Assembly: GCA_965202585.1 (NCBI GenBank)
Contig: OZ241831.1
Span: 50,034,001 to 50,098,000, forward strand
Origin: Thalia democratica
Taxonomy: Eukaryota
Direction of reading: 5' to 3'
DNA length: 64,000 nt
Under the pieces are notes generated by a model. The model worked only from the letters and a program-made list of their open reading frames with translations. It made no database searches and was not told where the DNA came from. Both the position numbers and the translations under genes were made by a program. Positions 24,670 through 35,607 of the stretch are shown in pieces (positions within the stretch are counted from its first letter, which is position 1; each line of letters starts with the position of its first letter).

Positions 24670-25791
24670 ATGCGCCAAGGTGGCCAAGTGCGCCAAGTCG
24701 CCAAGTCGCATTGTCTATTGATTTTATGTTGCTATAGAAATTCATTAGAACTCATAAGAAATCAATGCGTTTCGACACTGTTTCGAGGTCGTATGTTCAT
24801 CGTGTTCATAAACGCCTCTTGTTTTCTTATCGAAGTAGCTATGCCGAAGCTAGTATATATACGCGTCAGTTCGGTTGGAAGTGTGAATTTGTGTGCAAAA
24901 ATTCCAGAGAAAGAGAGCTCATATATTCGAAAAGAAGAGAATTATGCAAATTTTCGGACACAATTTTTTAATGATTTTGAGTCTACACCTGAAAGAGTTA
25001 GTGAAATCGACTGCGCAGAAACGAGTTTCACCGAAGGGAGTTTCTTCGACAAAGCGGCGTCCGGATTGGTTGAAATAGAGCGGGAGTGGGGCAGGCAACG
25101 GGCGTTCAAGAGGTACCTCGAGTCGCTGCTGGTTCAGTGCGAGAAACTGAACAACGTCAGAAAGCACCACGAAAAGTACATTGCCGAGCAGAAGAATTTC
25201 AAGCAACTTTGCCGCGGCGTGGCGCTGAAGGAAGAGCACAATCGAATGCAGAAAGTCGCTTGGGAGTGGGTTTGCAGGAAGGAGGGGGAAGCAAAGTTGG
25301 AAAACGTGTTCATCGGGTACTTTTCGTTTTTTCGAAAAATTTTCTTCGTGCGAAGCAGCTTGAGAGAAGAAGACAGGATCGCGCCCAATGGTTATTCTGT
25401 GCAGATCAACAACGAGTTAGACGCGGCTTCGGAAGCGTTTAAAAAGTTCAGTTCGGACAACGAGTTCTTTTCAAACAACGCCGCCATCAAGCCGAACTTT
25501 TTAGTGGACGAACTGCTAGGTTATGAGATAAACGCCGGAAACGTACGCAACTTTTTCAACCACCGTGCGGCGAACGTGAGCAACTATTCACCCGACTACG
25601 AGTTCGACGTTCGAAACATGGTCCGTTTCGTCAACGGGGAGAGCAGAATGAAGTCCATGGTGCCTGAGGTGCAGCGGGTGAGCAGGAAGCTCACTGCAGG
25701 TAACCACTGCAAAATTTGCTTGAGTGAAGCAGAACAGGAGTTGAATTTGCTGAACAGCAAATACGACTTTGAAAACATTAAGTTGAATTAA
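24670..25791 (+). CDS. RING-less truncated paralog, intact ORF of 373 aa (unit 21)
   Basis: Open frame ending KLN*. Confidence 0.6.
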   Translation: MRQGGQVRQVAKSHCLLILCCYRNSLELIRNQCVSTLFRGRMFIVFINASCFLIEVAMPKLVYIRVSSVGSVNLCAKIPEKESSYIRKEENYANFRTQFFNDFESTPERVSEIDCAETSFTEGSFFDKAASGLVEIEREWGRQRAFKRYLESLLVQCEKLNNVRKHHEKYIAEQKNFKQLCRGVALKEEHNRMQKVAWEWVCRKEGEAKLENVFIGYFSFFRKIFFVRSSLREEDRIAPNGYSVQINNELDAASEAFKKFSSDNEFFSNNAAIKPNFLVDELLGYEINAGNVRNFFNHRAANVSNYSPDYEFDVRNMVRFVNGESRMKSMVPEVQRVSRKLTAGNHCKICLSEAEQELNLLNSKYDFENIKLN

Positions 25792-25888
25792 AACAATAAC
25801 TTTCAAAGTTTTTTTTATTTAATTAATAACTAAATTTCATCAATGATAAGCTAAGTAAGTATTTAGATTTTTGCAATAAGAACTTATC

Positions 25889-27010
25889 ATGCGCCAAGGT
25901 GGCCAAGTGCGCCAAGTCGCCAAGTCGCATTGTCTATTGATTTTATGTTGCTATAGAAATTCATTAGAACTCATAAGAAATCAATGCGTTTCGACACTGT
26001 TTCGAGGTCGTATGTTCATCGTGTTCATAAACGCCTCTTGTTTTCTTATCGAAGTAGCTATGCCGAAGCTCGTATATATACGCGTCAGTTCGGTTGGAAG
26101 TGTGAATTTGTGTGCAAAAAGTCCAGAGAAAGAGAGCTCATATATTCGAAAAGAAGAGAATTATGCAAATTTTCGGACACAATTTTTTAATGATTTTGAG
26201 TCTACACCTGAAAGAGTTAGTGAAATCGACTGCGCAGAAACGAGTTTCACCGAAGGGAGTTTCTTCGACAAAGCGGTGTCCGGATTGGTTGAAATAGAGC
26301 GGGAGTGGGGCAGGCAACGGGCGTTCAAGAGGTACCTCGAGTCGCTGCTGGTTCAGTGCGAGAAACTGAACAACGTCAGAAAGCACCACGAAAAGTACAT
26401 TGCCGAGCAGAAGAATTTCAAGCAACTTTGCCGCGGCGTGGCGCTGAAGGAAGAGCACAATCGAATGCAGAAAGTCGCTTGGGAGTGGGTTTGCAGGAAG
26501 GAGGGGGAAGCAAAGTTGGAAAACGTGTTCATCGGGTACTTTTCGTTTTTTCGAAAAATTTTCTTCGTGCGAAGCAGCTTGAGAGAAGAAGACAGGATCG
26601 CGCCCAATGGTTATTCTGTGCAGATCAACAACGAGTTAGACGCGGCTTCGGAAGCGTTTAAAAAGTTCAGTTCGGACAACGAGTTCTTTTCAAACAACGC
26701 CGCCATCAAGCCGAACTTTTTAGTGGACGAACTGCTAGGTTATGAGATAAACGCCGGAAACGTACGCAACTTTTTCAACCACCGTGCGGCGAACGTGAGC
26801 AACTATTCACCCGACTACGAGTTCGACGTTCGAAACATGGTCCGTTTCGTCAACGGGGAGAGCAGAATGAAGTCCATGGTGCCTGAGGTGCAGCGGGTGA
26901 GCAGGAAGCTCACTGCAGGTAACCACTGCAAAATTTGCTTGAGTGAAGCAGAACAGGAGTTGAATTTGCTGAACAGCAAATACGACTTTGAAAACATTAA
27001 GTTGAATTAA
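25889..27010 (+). CDS. RING-less truncated paralog, intact ORF of 373 aa (unit 22)
   Basis: Open frame; near-identical to unit 21. Confidence 0.6.
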   Translation: MRQGGQVRQVAKSHCLLILCCYRNSLELIRNQCVSTLFRGRMFIVFINASCFLIEVAMPKLVYIRVSSVGSVNLCAKSPEKESSYIRKEENYANFRTQFFNDFESTPERVSEIDCAETSFTEGSFFDKAVSGLVEIEREWGRQRAFKRYLESLLVQCEKLNNVRKHHEKYIAEQKNFKQLCRGVALKEEHNRMQKVAWEWVCRKEGEAKLENVFIGYFSFFRKIFFVRSSLREEDRIAPNGYSVQINNELDAASEAFKKFSSDNEFFSNNAAIKPNFLVDELLGYEINAGNVRNFFNHRAANVSNYSPDYEFDVRNMVRFVNGESRMKSMVPEVQRVSRKLTAGNHCKICLSEAEQELNLLNSKYDFENIKLN

Positions 27011-27117
27011 AACAATAACTTTCAAAGTTTTTTTTATTTAATTAATAACTAAATTTCATCAATGATAAGCTAAGTAAGTATTTAGATTTTTGCAATAAGA
27101 ACTTATCATGCGCCAAG

Positions 27118-28221
27118 GTGCGCCAAGTCGCCAAGTCGCATTGTCTATTGATTTTATGTTGCTATAGAAATTCATTAGAACTCATAAGAAATCAATGCGT
27201 TTCGACACTGTTTCGAGGTCGTATGTTCATCGTTTTCATAAACGCCTCTTGTTTTCTTATCGAAGTAGCTATGCCGAAGCTAGTATATATACGCGTCAGT
27301 TCGGTTGGAAGTGTGAATTTGTGTGCAAAAATTCCAGAGAAAGAGAGCTCATATATTCGAAAAGAAGAGAATTATGCAAATTTTCGGACACAATTTTTTA
27401 ATGATTTTGAGTCTACACCTGAAAGAGTTAGTGAAATCGACTGCGCAGAAACGAGTTTCACCGAAGGGAGTTTCTTCGACAAAGCGGCGTCCGGATTGGT
27501 TGAAATAGAGCGGGAGTGGGGCAGGCAACGGGCGTTCAAGAGGTACCTCGAGTCGCTGCTGGTTCAGTGCGAGAAACTGAACAACGTCAGAAAGCACCAC
27601 GAAAAGTACATTGCCGAGCAGAAGAATTTCAAGCAACTTTGCCGCGGCGTGGCGCTGAAGGAAGAGCACAATCGAATGCAGAAAGTCGCTTGGGAGTGGG
27701 TTTGCAGGAAGGAGGGGGAAGCAAAGTTGGAAAACGTGTTCATCGGGTACTTTTCGTTTTTTCGAAAAATTTTCTTCGTGCGAAGCAGCTTGAGAGAAGA
27801 AGACAGGATCGCGCCCAATGGTTATTCTGTGCAGATCAACAACGAGTTAGACGCGGCTTCGGAAGCGTTTAAAAAGTTCAGTTCGGACAACGAGTTCTTT
27901 TCAAACAACGCCGCCATCAAGCCGAACTTTTTAGTGGACGAACTGCTAGGTTATGAGATAAACGCCGGAAACGTACGCAACTTTTTCAACCACCGTGCGG
28001 CGAACGTGAGCAACTATTCACCCGACTACGAGTTCGACGTTCGAAACATGGTCCGTTTCGTCAACGGGGAGAGCAGAATGAAGTCCATGGTGCCTGAGGT
28101 GCAGCGGGTGAGCAGGAAGCTCACTGCAGGTAACCACTGCAAAATTTGCTTGAGTGAAGCAAAACAGGAGTTGAATTTGCTGAACAGCAAATACGACTTT
28201 GAAAACATTAAGTTGAATTAA
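27118..28221 (+). CDS. RING-less truncated paralog (unit 23), open from a GTG or from later Mets
   Basis: An 8-bp deletion in the GCCAAG micro-repeat puts the ATG at 27108 out of frame; the rest is intact. Confidence 0.5.
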   Translation: MRQVAKSHCLLILCCYRNSLELIRNQCVSTLFRGRMFIVFINASCFLIEVAMPKLVYIRVSSVGSVNLCAKIPEKESSYIRKEENYANFRTQFFNDFESTPERVSEIDCAETSFTEGSFFDKAASGLVEIEREWGRQRAFKRYLESLLVQCEKLNNVRKHHEKYIAEQKNFKQLCRGVALKEEHNRMQKVAWEWVCRKEGEAKLENVFIGYFSFFRKIFFVRSSLREEDRIAPNGYSVQINNELDAASEAFKKFSSDNEFFSNNAAIKPNFLVDELLGYEINAGNVRNFFNHRAANVSNYSPDYEFDVRNMVRFVNGESRMKSMVPEVQRVSRKLTAGNHCKICLSEAKQELNLLNSKYDFENIKLN

Positions 28222-28318
28222 AACAATAACTTTCAAAGTTTGTTTTATTTAATTAATAACTAAATTTCATCAATGATAAGCTAAGTAAGTATTTAGATTT
28301 TTGCAATAAGAACTTATC

Positions 28319-29434
28319 ATGCGCCAAGGTGGCCAAGTGCGCCAATTCGCCAAGTCGCATTGTCTATTGATTTTATGTTGCTATAGAAATTCATTAGAAC
28401 TCATAAGAAATCAATGCGTTTCGACACTGTTTCGAGGTCGTATGTTCATCGTGTTCATAAACGCCTCTTGTTTTCTTATCGAAGTAGCTATGCCGAAGCT
28501 CGTATATATACGCGTCAGTTCGGTTGGAAGTGTGAATTTGTGTGCAAAAATTCCAGAGAAAGAGAGCTCATATATTCGAAAAGAAGAGAATTATGCAAAT
28601 TTTCGGACACAATTTTTTAATGATTTTGAGTCTACACCTGAAAGAGTTAGTGAAATCGACTGCGCAGAAACGAGTTTCACCGAAGGGAGTTTCTTCGACA
28701 AAGCGGTGTCCGGATTGGTTGAAATAGAGCGGGAGTGGGGCAGGCAACTCAAGAGGTACCTCGAGTCGCTGCTGATTCAGTGCGAGAAACTGAACAACGT
28801 CAGAAAGCACCACGAAAAGTACATCGCCGAGCAGAAGAATTTCAAGCAGTTTTGCCGCGGCGTGGCGCTGAAGGAAGAGCACAATCGAATGCAGAAAGTC
28901 GCTTGGGAGTGGGTTTACAGGAAGGAGGGGGAAGCAAAGTTGGAAAACGTGTTCATCGGGTACTTTTCGTTTTTTCGAAAAATTTTCTTCGTGCTGAGCA
29001 GCTTGAGAGAAGAAGACAGGAGTGCGCCCCATGGTTGTTTTGTGCAGATCAACAACGAGTTGGACGCGGTTTCGGAAGCGTTTAAAAAGTTCAGTTCGGA
29101 CAACGAGTTCTTTTTAAACGAAGCCGCCATCAAGCCGAACTTTTTAGTGGACGAACTGCTAGGTTATGAGGTAAACGCCGGCAACGTACGCAACTTTTTC
29201 AACCACCGTGTGGCGAACGTGAGCAACTATTCGCCCGACTACGAGTTCGACGTTCGAAACATGGTCCGTTTCGTCAACGGGGAGAGCAGAATGAAGTCCA
29301 TGGTGCCTGAGGTGCAGCGGGTGAGCAGGAAGCTCACTGCAGGTAACAACTGCAAAATTTGCTTGGATGAAGCAGAACGGGAGTTGAATTTGCTGAACAG
29401 CAAATACGACTTTGAAAACATTAAGTTGAATTAA
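28319..29434 (+). CDS. RING-less truncated paralog, intact ORF of 371 aa (unit 24)
   Basis: Open frame with an in-frame 6-bp deletion (GRQLKRY). Confidence 0.6.
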   Translation: MRQGGQVRQFAKSHCLLILCCYRNSLELIRNQCVSTLFRGRMFIVFINASCFLIEVAMPKLVYIRVSSVGSVNLCAKIPEKESSYIRKEENYANFRTQFFNDFESTPERVSEIDCAETSFTEGSFFDKAVSGLVEIEREWGRQLKRYLESLLIQCEKLNNVRKHHEKYIAEQKNFKQFCRGVALKEEHNRMQKVAWEWVYRKEGEAKLENVFIGYFSFFRKIFFVLSSLREEDRSAPHGCFVQINNELDAVSEAFKKFSSDNEFFLNEAAIKPNFLVDELLGYEVNAGNVRNFFNHRVANVSNYSPDYEFDVRNMVRFVNGESRMKSMVPEVQRVSRKLTAGNNCKICLDEAERELNLLNSKYDFENIKLN

Positions 29435-29531
29435 AACAATAACTTTCAAAGTTTTTTTTATTTAATTAATAACTAAATTTCATCAATGATAAGCTTAGTA
29501 AGTATTTAGATTTTTGCAATAAGAACTTATC

Positions 29532-30647
29532 ATGCGCCAAGGTGGCCAAGTGCGCCAAGTCGCCAAGTCGCATTGTCTATTGATTTTATGTTGCTATAGA
29601 AATTCATTAGAACTCATAAGAAATCAATGCGTTTCGACACTGTTTCGAGGTCGTATGTTCATCGTGTTCATAAACGCCTCTTGTTTTCTTATCGAAGTAG
29701 CTATGCCGAAGCTCGTATATATACGCGTCAGTTCGGTTGGAAGTGTGAATTTGTGTGCAAAAATTCCTGAGAAAGAGAGCTCATATATTCGAAAAGAAGA
29801 GAATTATGCAAATTTTCGGACACAATTTTTTAATGATTTTGAGTCTACACCTGAAAGAGTTAGTGAAATCGACTGCGCAGAAACGAGTTTCACCGAAGGG
29901 AGTTTCTTCGACAAAGCGGCGTCCGGATTGGTTGAAATAGAGCGGGAGTGGGGCAGGCAACTCAAGAGGTACCTCGAGTCGCTGCTGATTCAGTGCGAGA
30001 AACTGAACAACGTCAGAAAGCACCACGAAAAGTACATCGCCGAGCAGAAGAATTTCAAGCAGTTTTGCCGCGGCGTGGCGCTGAAGGAAGAGCACAATCG
30101 AATGCAGAAAGTCGCTTGGGAGTGGGTTTACAGGAAGGAGGGGGAAGCAAAGTTGGAAAACGTGTTCATCGGGTACTTTTCGTTTTTTCGAAAAATTTTC
30201 TTCGTGCTGAGCAGCTTGAGAGAAGAAGACAGGAGTGCGCCCCATGGTTGTTTTGTGCAGATCAACAACGAGTTGGACGCGGTTTCGGAAGCGTTTAAAA
30301 AGTTCAGTTCGGACAACGAGTTCTTTTTAAACGAAGCCGCCATCAAGCCGAACTTTTTAGTGGACGAACTGCTAGGTTATGAGGTAAACGCCGGCAACGT
30401 ACGCAACTTTTTCAACCACCGTGTGGCGAACGTGAGCAACTATTCGCCCGACTACGAGTTCGACGTTCGAAACATGGTCCGTTTCGTCAACGGGGAGAGC
30501 AGAATGAAGTCCATGGTGCCTGAGGTGCAGCGGGTGAGCAGGAAGCTCACTGCAGGTAACAACTGCAAAATTTGCTTGGATGAAGCAGAACGGGAGTTGA
30601 ATTTGCTGAACAGCAAATACGACTTTGAAAACATTAAGTTGAATTAA
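29532..30647 (+). CDS. RING-less truncated paralog, intact ORF of 371 aa (unit 25)
   Basis: Open frame; near-identical to unit 24. Confidence 0.6.
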   Translation: MRQGGQVRQVAKSHCLLILCCYRNSLELIRNQCVSTLFRGRMFIVFINASCFLIEVAMPKLVYIRVSSVGSVNLCAKIPEKESSYIRKEENYANFRTQFFNDFESTPERVSEIDCAETSFTEGSFFDKAASGLVEIEREWGRQLKRYLESLLIQCEKLNNVRKHHEKYIAEQKNFKQFCRGVALKEEHNRMQKVAWEWVYRKEGEAKLENVFIGYFSFFRKIFFVLSSLREEDRSAPHGCFVQINNELDAVSEAFKKFSSDNEFFLNEAAIKPNFLVDELLGYEVNAGNVRNFFNHRVANVSNYSPDYEFDVRNMVRFVNGESRMKSMVPEVQRVSRKLTAGNNCKICLDEAERELNLLNSKYDFENIKLN

Positions 30648-30744
30648 AACAATAACTTTCAAAGTTTTTTTTATTTAATTAATAACTAAATTTCATCAAT
30701 GATAAGCTTAGTAAGTATTTAGATTTTTGCAATAAGAACTTATC

Positions 30745-31860
30745 ATGCGCCAAGGTGGCCAAGTGCGCCAAGTCGCCAAGTCGCATTGTCTATTGATTTT
30801 ATGTTGCTATAGAAATTCATTAGAACTCATAAGAAATCAATGCGTTTCGACACTGTTTCGAGGTCGTATGTTCATCGTGTTCATAAACGCCTCTTGTTTT
30901 CTTATCGAAGTAGCTATGCCGAAGCTCGTATATATACGCGTCAGTTCGGTTGGAAGTGTGAATTTGTGTGCAAAAATTCCAGAGAAAGAGAGCTCATATA
31001 TTCGAAAAGAAGAGAATTATGCAAATTTTCGGACACAATTTTTTAATGATTTTGAGTCTACACCTGAAAGAGTTAGTGAAATCGACTGCGCAGAAACGAG
31101 TTTCACCGAAGGGAGTTTCTTCGACAAAGCGGCGTCCGGATTGGTTGAAATAGAGCGGGAGTGGGGCAGGCAACTCAAGAGGTACCTCGAGTCGCTGCTG
31201 ATTCAGTGCGAGAAACTGAACAACGTCAGAAAGCACCACGAAAAGTACATCGCCGAGCAGAAGAATTTCAAGCAGTTTTGCCGCGGCGTGGCGCTGAAGG
31301 AAGAGCACAATCGAATGCAGAAAGTCGCTTGGGAGTGGGTTTACAGGAAGGAGGGGGAAGCAAAGTTGGAAAACGTGTTCATCGGGTACTTTTCGTTTTT
31401 TCGAAAAATTTTCTTCGTGCTGAGCAGCTTGAGAGAAGAAGACAGGAGTGCGCCCCATGGTTGTTTTGTGCAGATCAACAACGAGTTGGACGCGGTTTCG
31501 GAAGCGTTTAAAAAGTTCAGTTCGGACAACGAGTTCTTTTTAAACGAAGCCGCCATCAAGCCGAACTTTTTAGTGGACGAACTGCTAGGTTATGAGGTAA
31601 ACGCCGGCAACGTACGCAACTTTTTCAACCACCGTGTGGCGAACGTGAGCAACTATTCGCCCGACTACGAGTTCGACGTTCGAAACATGGTCCGTTTCGT
31701 CAACGGGGAGAGCAGAATGAAGTCCATGGTGCCTGAGGTGCAGCGGGTGAGCAGGAAGCTCACTGCAGGTAACAACTGCAAAATTTGCTTGGATGAAGCA
31801 GAACGGGAGTTGAATTTGCTGAACAGCAAATACGACTTTGAAAACATTAAGTTGAATTAA
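30745..31860 (+). CDS. RING-less truncated paralog, intact ORF of 371 aa (unit 26)
   Basis: Translation identical to unit 25. Confidence 0.6.
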   Translation: MRQGGQVRQVAKSHCLLILCCYRNSLELIRNQCVSTLFRGRMFIVFINASCFLIEVAMPKLVYIRVSSVGSVNLCAKIPEKESSYIRKEENYANFRTQFFNDFESTPERVSEIDCAETSFTEGSFFDKAASGLVEIEREWGRQLKRYLESLLIQCEKLNNVRKHHEKYIAEQKNFKQFCRGVALKEEHNRMQKVAWEWVYRKEGEAKLENVFIGYFSFFRKIFFVLSSLREEDRSAPHGCFVQINNELDAVSEAFKKFSSDNEFFLNEAAIKPNFLVDELLGYEVNAGNVRNFFNHRVANVSNYSPDYEFDVRNMVRFVNGESRMKSMVPEVQRVSRKLTAGNNCKICLDEAERELNLLNSKYDFENIKLN

Positions 31861-31957
31861 AACAATAACTTTCAAAGTTTTTTTTATTTAATTAATAACT
31901 AAATTTCATCAATGATAAGCTTAGTAAGTATTTAGATTTTTGCAATAAGAACTTATC

Positions 31958-33073
31958 ATGCGCCAAGGTGGCCAAGTGCGCCAAGTCGCCAAGTCGCATT
32001 GTCTATTGATTTTATTTTGCTATAGAAATTCATTAGAACTCATAAGAAATCAATGCGTTTCGACACTGTTTCGAGGTCGTATGTTCATCGTTTTCATAAA
32101 CGCCTCTTGTTTTCTTATCGAAGTAGCTATGCCGAAGCTAGTATATATACGCGTCAGTTCGGTTGGAAGTGTGAATTTGTGTGCAAAAATTCCAGAGAAA
32201 GAGAGCTCATATATTCGAAAAGAAGAGAATTATGCAAATTTTCGGACACAATTTTTTAATGATTTTGAGTCTACACCTGAAAGAGTTAGTGAAATCGACT
32301 GCGCAGAAACGAGTTTCACCGAAGGGAGTTTCTTCGACAAAGCGGCGTCCGGATTGGTTGAAATAGAGCGGGAGTGGGGCAGGCAACTCAAGAGGTACCT
32401 CGAGTCGCTGCTGATTCAGTGCGAGAAACTGAACAACGTCAGAAAGCACCACGAAAAGTACATCGCCGAGCAGAAGAATTTCAAGCAGTTTTGCCGCGGC
32501 GTGGCGCTGAAGGAAGAGTATAATCGAATGCAGAAAGTCGCTTGGGAGTGGGTTTGCAGGAAGGAGGGGGAAGCCAAGCTGGAGAACGTGTTCATCGGGT
32601 ACTTTTCGTTTTTTCGAAAAATTTTCCTCGTGCACAGCAGTTTGAGAGAAGAAGACAGGATCGCGCCAAATGGTTATTCTGCGAAGATCAACAACGAGTT
32701 AGACGCGGTTTCGGAAGCGTTTAAAAAGTTCAGTTCGGACAACGAGTTCTTTTTGAACGACGCCGCCATCAAGCCGAACTTTTTAGTGGACGAGCTGCTG
32801 GGTTATGAGATAAACGCCGGCAACGTGCGCAACTTTTTCAACCACCGTGTGGCGAACGTGAGCAACTTTTCACCCGACTACGAGTTCGACGTTCGAAACA
32901 TGGTCCGTTTCGTCAACGGGGAGAGCAGAATGAAGTCCATGGTGCCTGAGGTGCAGCGGGTGAGCAGGAAGCTCACTGCAGGTAACCACTGCAAAATTTG
33001 CTTGAGTGAAGCAGAACGGGAGTTGAATTTGCTGAACAGCAAATACGACTTTGAAAACATTAAGTTGAATTAA
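31958..33073 (+). CDS. RING-less truncated paralog, intact ORF of 371 aa (unit 27, recombinant)
   Basis: 5' half resembles units 24-26; 3' half is a different haplotype. Confidence 0.6.
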   Translation: MRQGGQVRQVAKSHCLLILFCYRNSLELIRNQCVSTLFRGRMFIVFINASCFLIEVAMPKLVYIRVSSVGSVNLCAKIPEKESSYIRKEENYANFRTQFFNDFESTPERVSEIDCAETSFTEGSFFDKAASGLVEIEREWGRQLKRYLESLLIQCEKLNNVRKHHEKYIAEQKNFKQFCRGVALKEEYNRMQKVAWEWVCRKEGEAKLENVFIGYFSFFRKIFLVHSSLREEDRIAPNGYSAKINNELDAVSEAFKKFSSDNEFFLNDAAIKPNFLVDELLGYEINAGNVRNFFNHRVANVSNFSPDYEFDVRNMVRFVNGESRMKSMVPEVQRVSRKLTAGNHCKICLSEAERELNLLNSKYDFENIKLN

Positions 33074-33170
33074 AACAATAACTTTCAAAGTTTTTTTTAT
33101 TTAATTAATAACTAAATTTCATCAATGACAAGCTAAGTAAGTATTTAGATTTTTGCAATAAGAACTTATC

Positions 33171-34291
33171 ATGCGCCAAGGTGGCCAAGTGCGCCAAGTC
33201 GCCAAGTCGCATTGTCTATTGATTTTATGTTGCTATAGAAATTCATTAGAACTCATAAGAAATCAATGCGTTTCGACACTGTTTCGAGGTCGTATGTTCA
33301 TCGTTTTCATAAACGCCTCTTGTTTTCTTATCGAAGTAGCTATGCCGAAGCTAGTATATATACGCGTCAGTTCGGTTGAAAGTGTGAATTTGTGTGCAAA
33401 AAGTCCAAAGAAAGAGAGATCATATATACGAAAAGAAGAGAATTATGCAAATTTTCGGACACAATTTTTTAATGATTTTGAGTCTACACCTGAAAGAGTT
33501 AGTGAAATCGACTGCGTAGAAACGAGTTTCACCGAAGGGGGTTTCTTCGACAAAGCGGCGCCGGATTGGTTGAAATAGAGCGGGAGTGGGGCAGGCGACG
33601 GGCGTTCAAGAGGCACCTCGAGTCGCTGCTGATCCAGTGCGAGAAACTGAACAACGTCAGAAAGCACCACGAAAAGTACATCGCCGAGCAGAAGAATTTC
33701 AAGCAGTTTTGCCGCGGCGTGGCGCTGAAGGAAGAGCACAACCGAATGCAGAAAGTCGCTTGGGAGTGGGTTTACAGGAAGGAGGGGGAAGCCAAGCTGG
33801 AGAACGTGTTCATCGGGTACTTTTCGTTTTTTCGAAAAATTTTCCTCGTGCAGAGCAGCTTGAGAGAAGAAGACAGGATCGCGCCCAATGGTTATTCTGT
33901 GAAGATCAACAACGAGTTGGACGCGGCTTCGGAAGCGTTTAAAAAGTTCAGTTCGGACAACGAGTTCTTTTTGAACAACGCCGCCATCAAGCCGAACTTT
34001 TTAGTGGACGAACTGCTGGGTTATGAGATAAACGCCGGCAACGTGTGCAACTTTTTCAACCACCGTGTGGCGCACGTGTGCAACTATTCACCCGACTACG
34101 AGTTCGACGTTCGAAACATGGTCCGTTTCGTCAACGGGGAGGGCGGAATAAAACTCATGGTGCCTGAGGTGCAGCGGGTGAGCAGGAAGCTCGCTGCAGG
34201 TAACAACTGCAAAACTTGCTTGAGTGAAGCAGAACAGGAGTTGAACTTACTGAACAGCAAATACGACTTTGAAAACATTAAGTTGAATTAA
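33171..34291 (+). pseudogene. Disrupted RING-less copy (unit 28)
   Basis: -1 frameshift near 33560 (GCGGCGCCGG versus GCGGCGTCCGG). Confidence 0.8.
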
Positions 34292-34388
34292 AACAATAAC
34301 TTTCAAAGTTTTTTTTATTTAATTAATAACTAAGTTTCATCAATGATAAGCTAAGTAAGTATTTAGATTTTTGCAATAAGAACTTATC

Positions 34389-35510
34389 ATGCGCCTAGGT
34401 GGCCAAGTGCGCCAAGTCGCCAAGTCGCATTGTCTATTGATTTTATGTTGCTATAGAAATTCATTAGAACTCATAAGAAATCAATGCGTTTCGACACTGT
34501 TTCGAGGTCGTATGTTCATCGTTTTCATAAACGCCTCTTGTTTTCTTATCGAAGTAGCTATGCCGAAGCTCGTATATATACGCGTCAGTTCGGTTGGAAG
34601 TGTGAATTTGTGTGCAAAAATTCCAGAGAAAGAGAGCTCATATATTCGAAAAGAAGAGAATTATGCAAATTTTCGGACACAATTTTTGAATGATTTTGAG
34701 TCTTCACCTGAAAGAGTTAGTGAAATCGACTGCGCAGAAACGAGTTTCACCGAAGGGAGTTTCTTTGACAAAGCGGCGTCCGGATTGGTTGAAATAGAGC
34801 GGGAGTGGGGCAGGCGACGCGCGTTCAAGAGGTACCTCGAGTCGCTGCTGATCCAGTGCGAGGAACTGAACAACGTCAGAAAGCACCACGAAAAGTACAT
34901 CGCCGAGCAGAAGAAGTTCAAGCAATTTTGCCGCGGCGTGGCGCTGAAGGAGGAGCACAACCGAATGCAGAAAGTCGCTTGGGAGTGGGCTTACAGGAAG
35001 GAGGGGGGAGCCAAGCTGGAGAACGTGTTCATCGGGTACTTTTCGTTTTTTCGAAAAATTTTCTTCGTGCAGAGCAGCTTGAGAGAAGAAGACAGGATCG
35101 CGCCAAATGGTTGTTCTGTGAAGATCAACAACGAATTAAACGCGGCTTCGGAAGCGTTTAAAAAGTTCAGTTCGGACAACGAGTTCTTTTTAAACAACGC
35201 CGCCATCAAGCCGAACTTTTTAGTGGACGAACTGCTGGGTTATGAGATAAACGCCGGCAACGTGTGCAACTTTTTCAACCACCGTGTGGCGCACGTGTGC
35301 AACTATTCACCCGACTACGAGTTCGACGTTCGAAACATGGTCCGTTTCGTCAACGGGGAGGGCGGAATAAAACTCATGGTGCCTGAGGTGCAGCGGGTGA
35401 GCAGGAAGCTCGCTGCAGGTAACAACTGCAAAACTTGCTTGAGTGAAGCAGAACAGGAGTTGAACTTACTGAACAGCAAATACGACTTTGAAAACATTAA
35501 GTTGAATTAA
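34389..35510 (+). CDS. RING-less truncated paralog, intact ORF of 373 aa (unit 29)
   Basis: Open frame; shares the GEGGIKL...CKTC 3' haplotype with unit 28. Confidence 0.6.
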   Translation: MRLGGQVRQVAKSHCLLILCCYRNSLELIRNQCVSTLFRGRMFIVFINASCFLIEVAMPKLVYIRVSSVGSVNLCAKIPEKESSYIRKEENYANFRTQFLNDFESSPERVSEIDCAETSFTEGSFFDKAASGLVEIEREWGRRRAFKRYLESLLIQCEELNNVRKHHEKYIAEQKKFKQFCRGVALKEEHNRMQKVAWEWAYRKEGGAKLENVFIGYFSFFRKIFFVQSSLREEDRIAPNGCSVKINNELNAASEAFKKFSSDNEFFLNNAAIKPNFLVDELLGYEINAGNVCNFFNHRVAHVCNYSPDYEFDVRNMVRFVNGEGGIKLMVPEVQRVSRKLAAGNNCKTCLSEAEQELNLLNSKYDFENIKLN

Positions 35511-35607
35511 AACAATAACTTTCAAAGTTTTTTTTATTTAATTAATAACTAAGTTTCATCAATGATAAGCTAAGTAAGTATTTAGATTTTTGCAATAAGA
35601 ACTTATC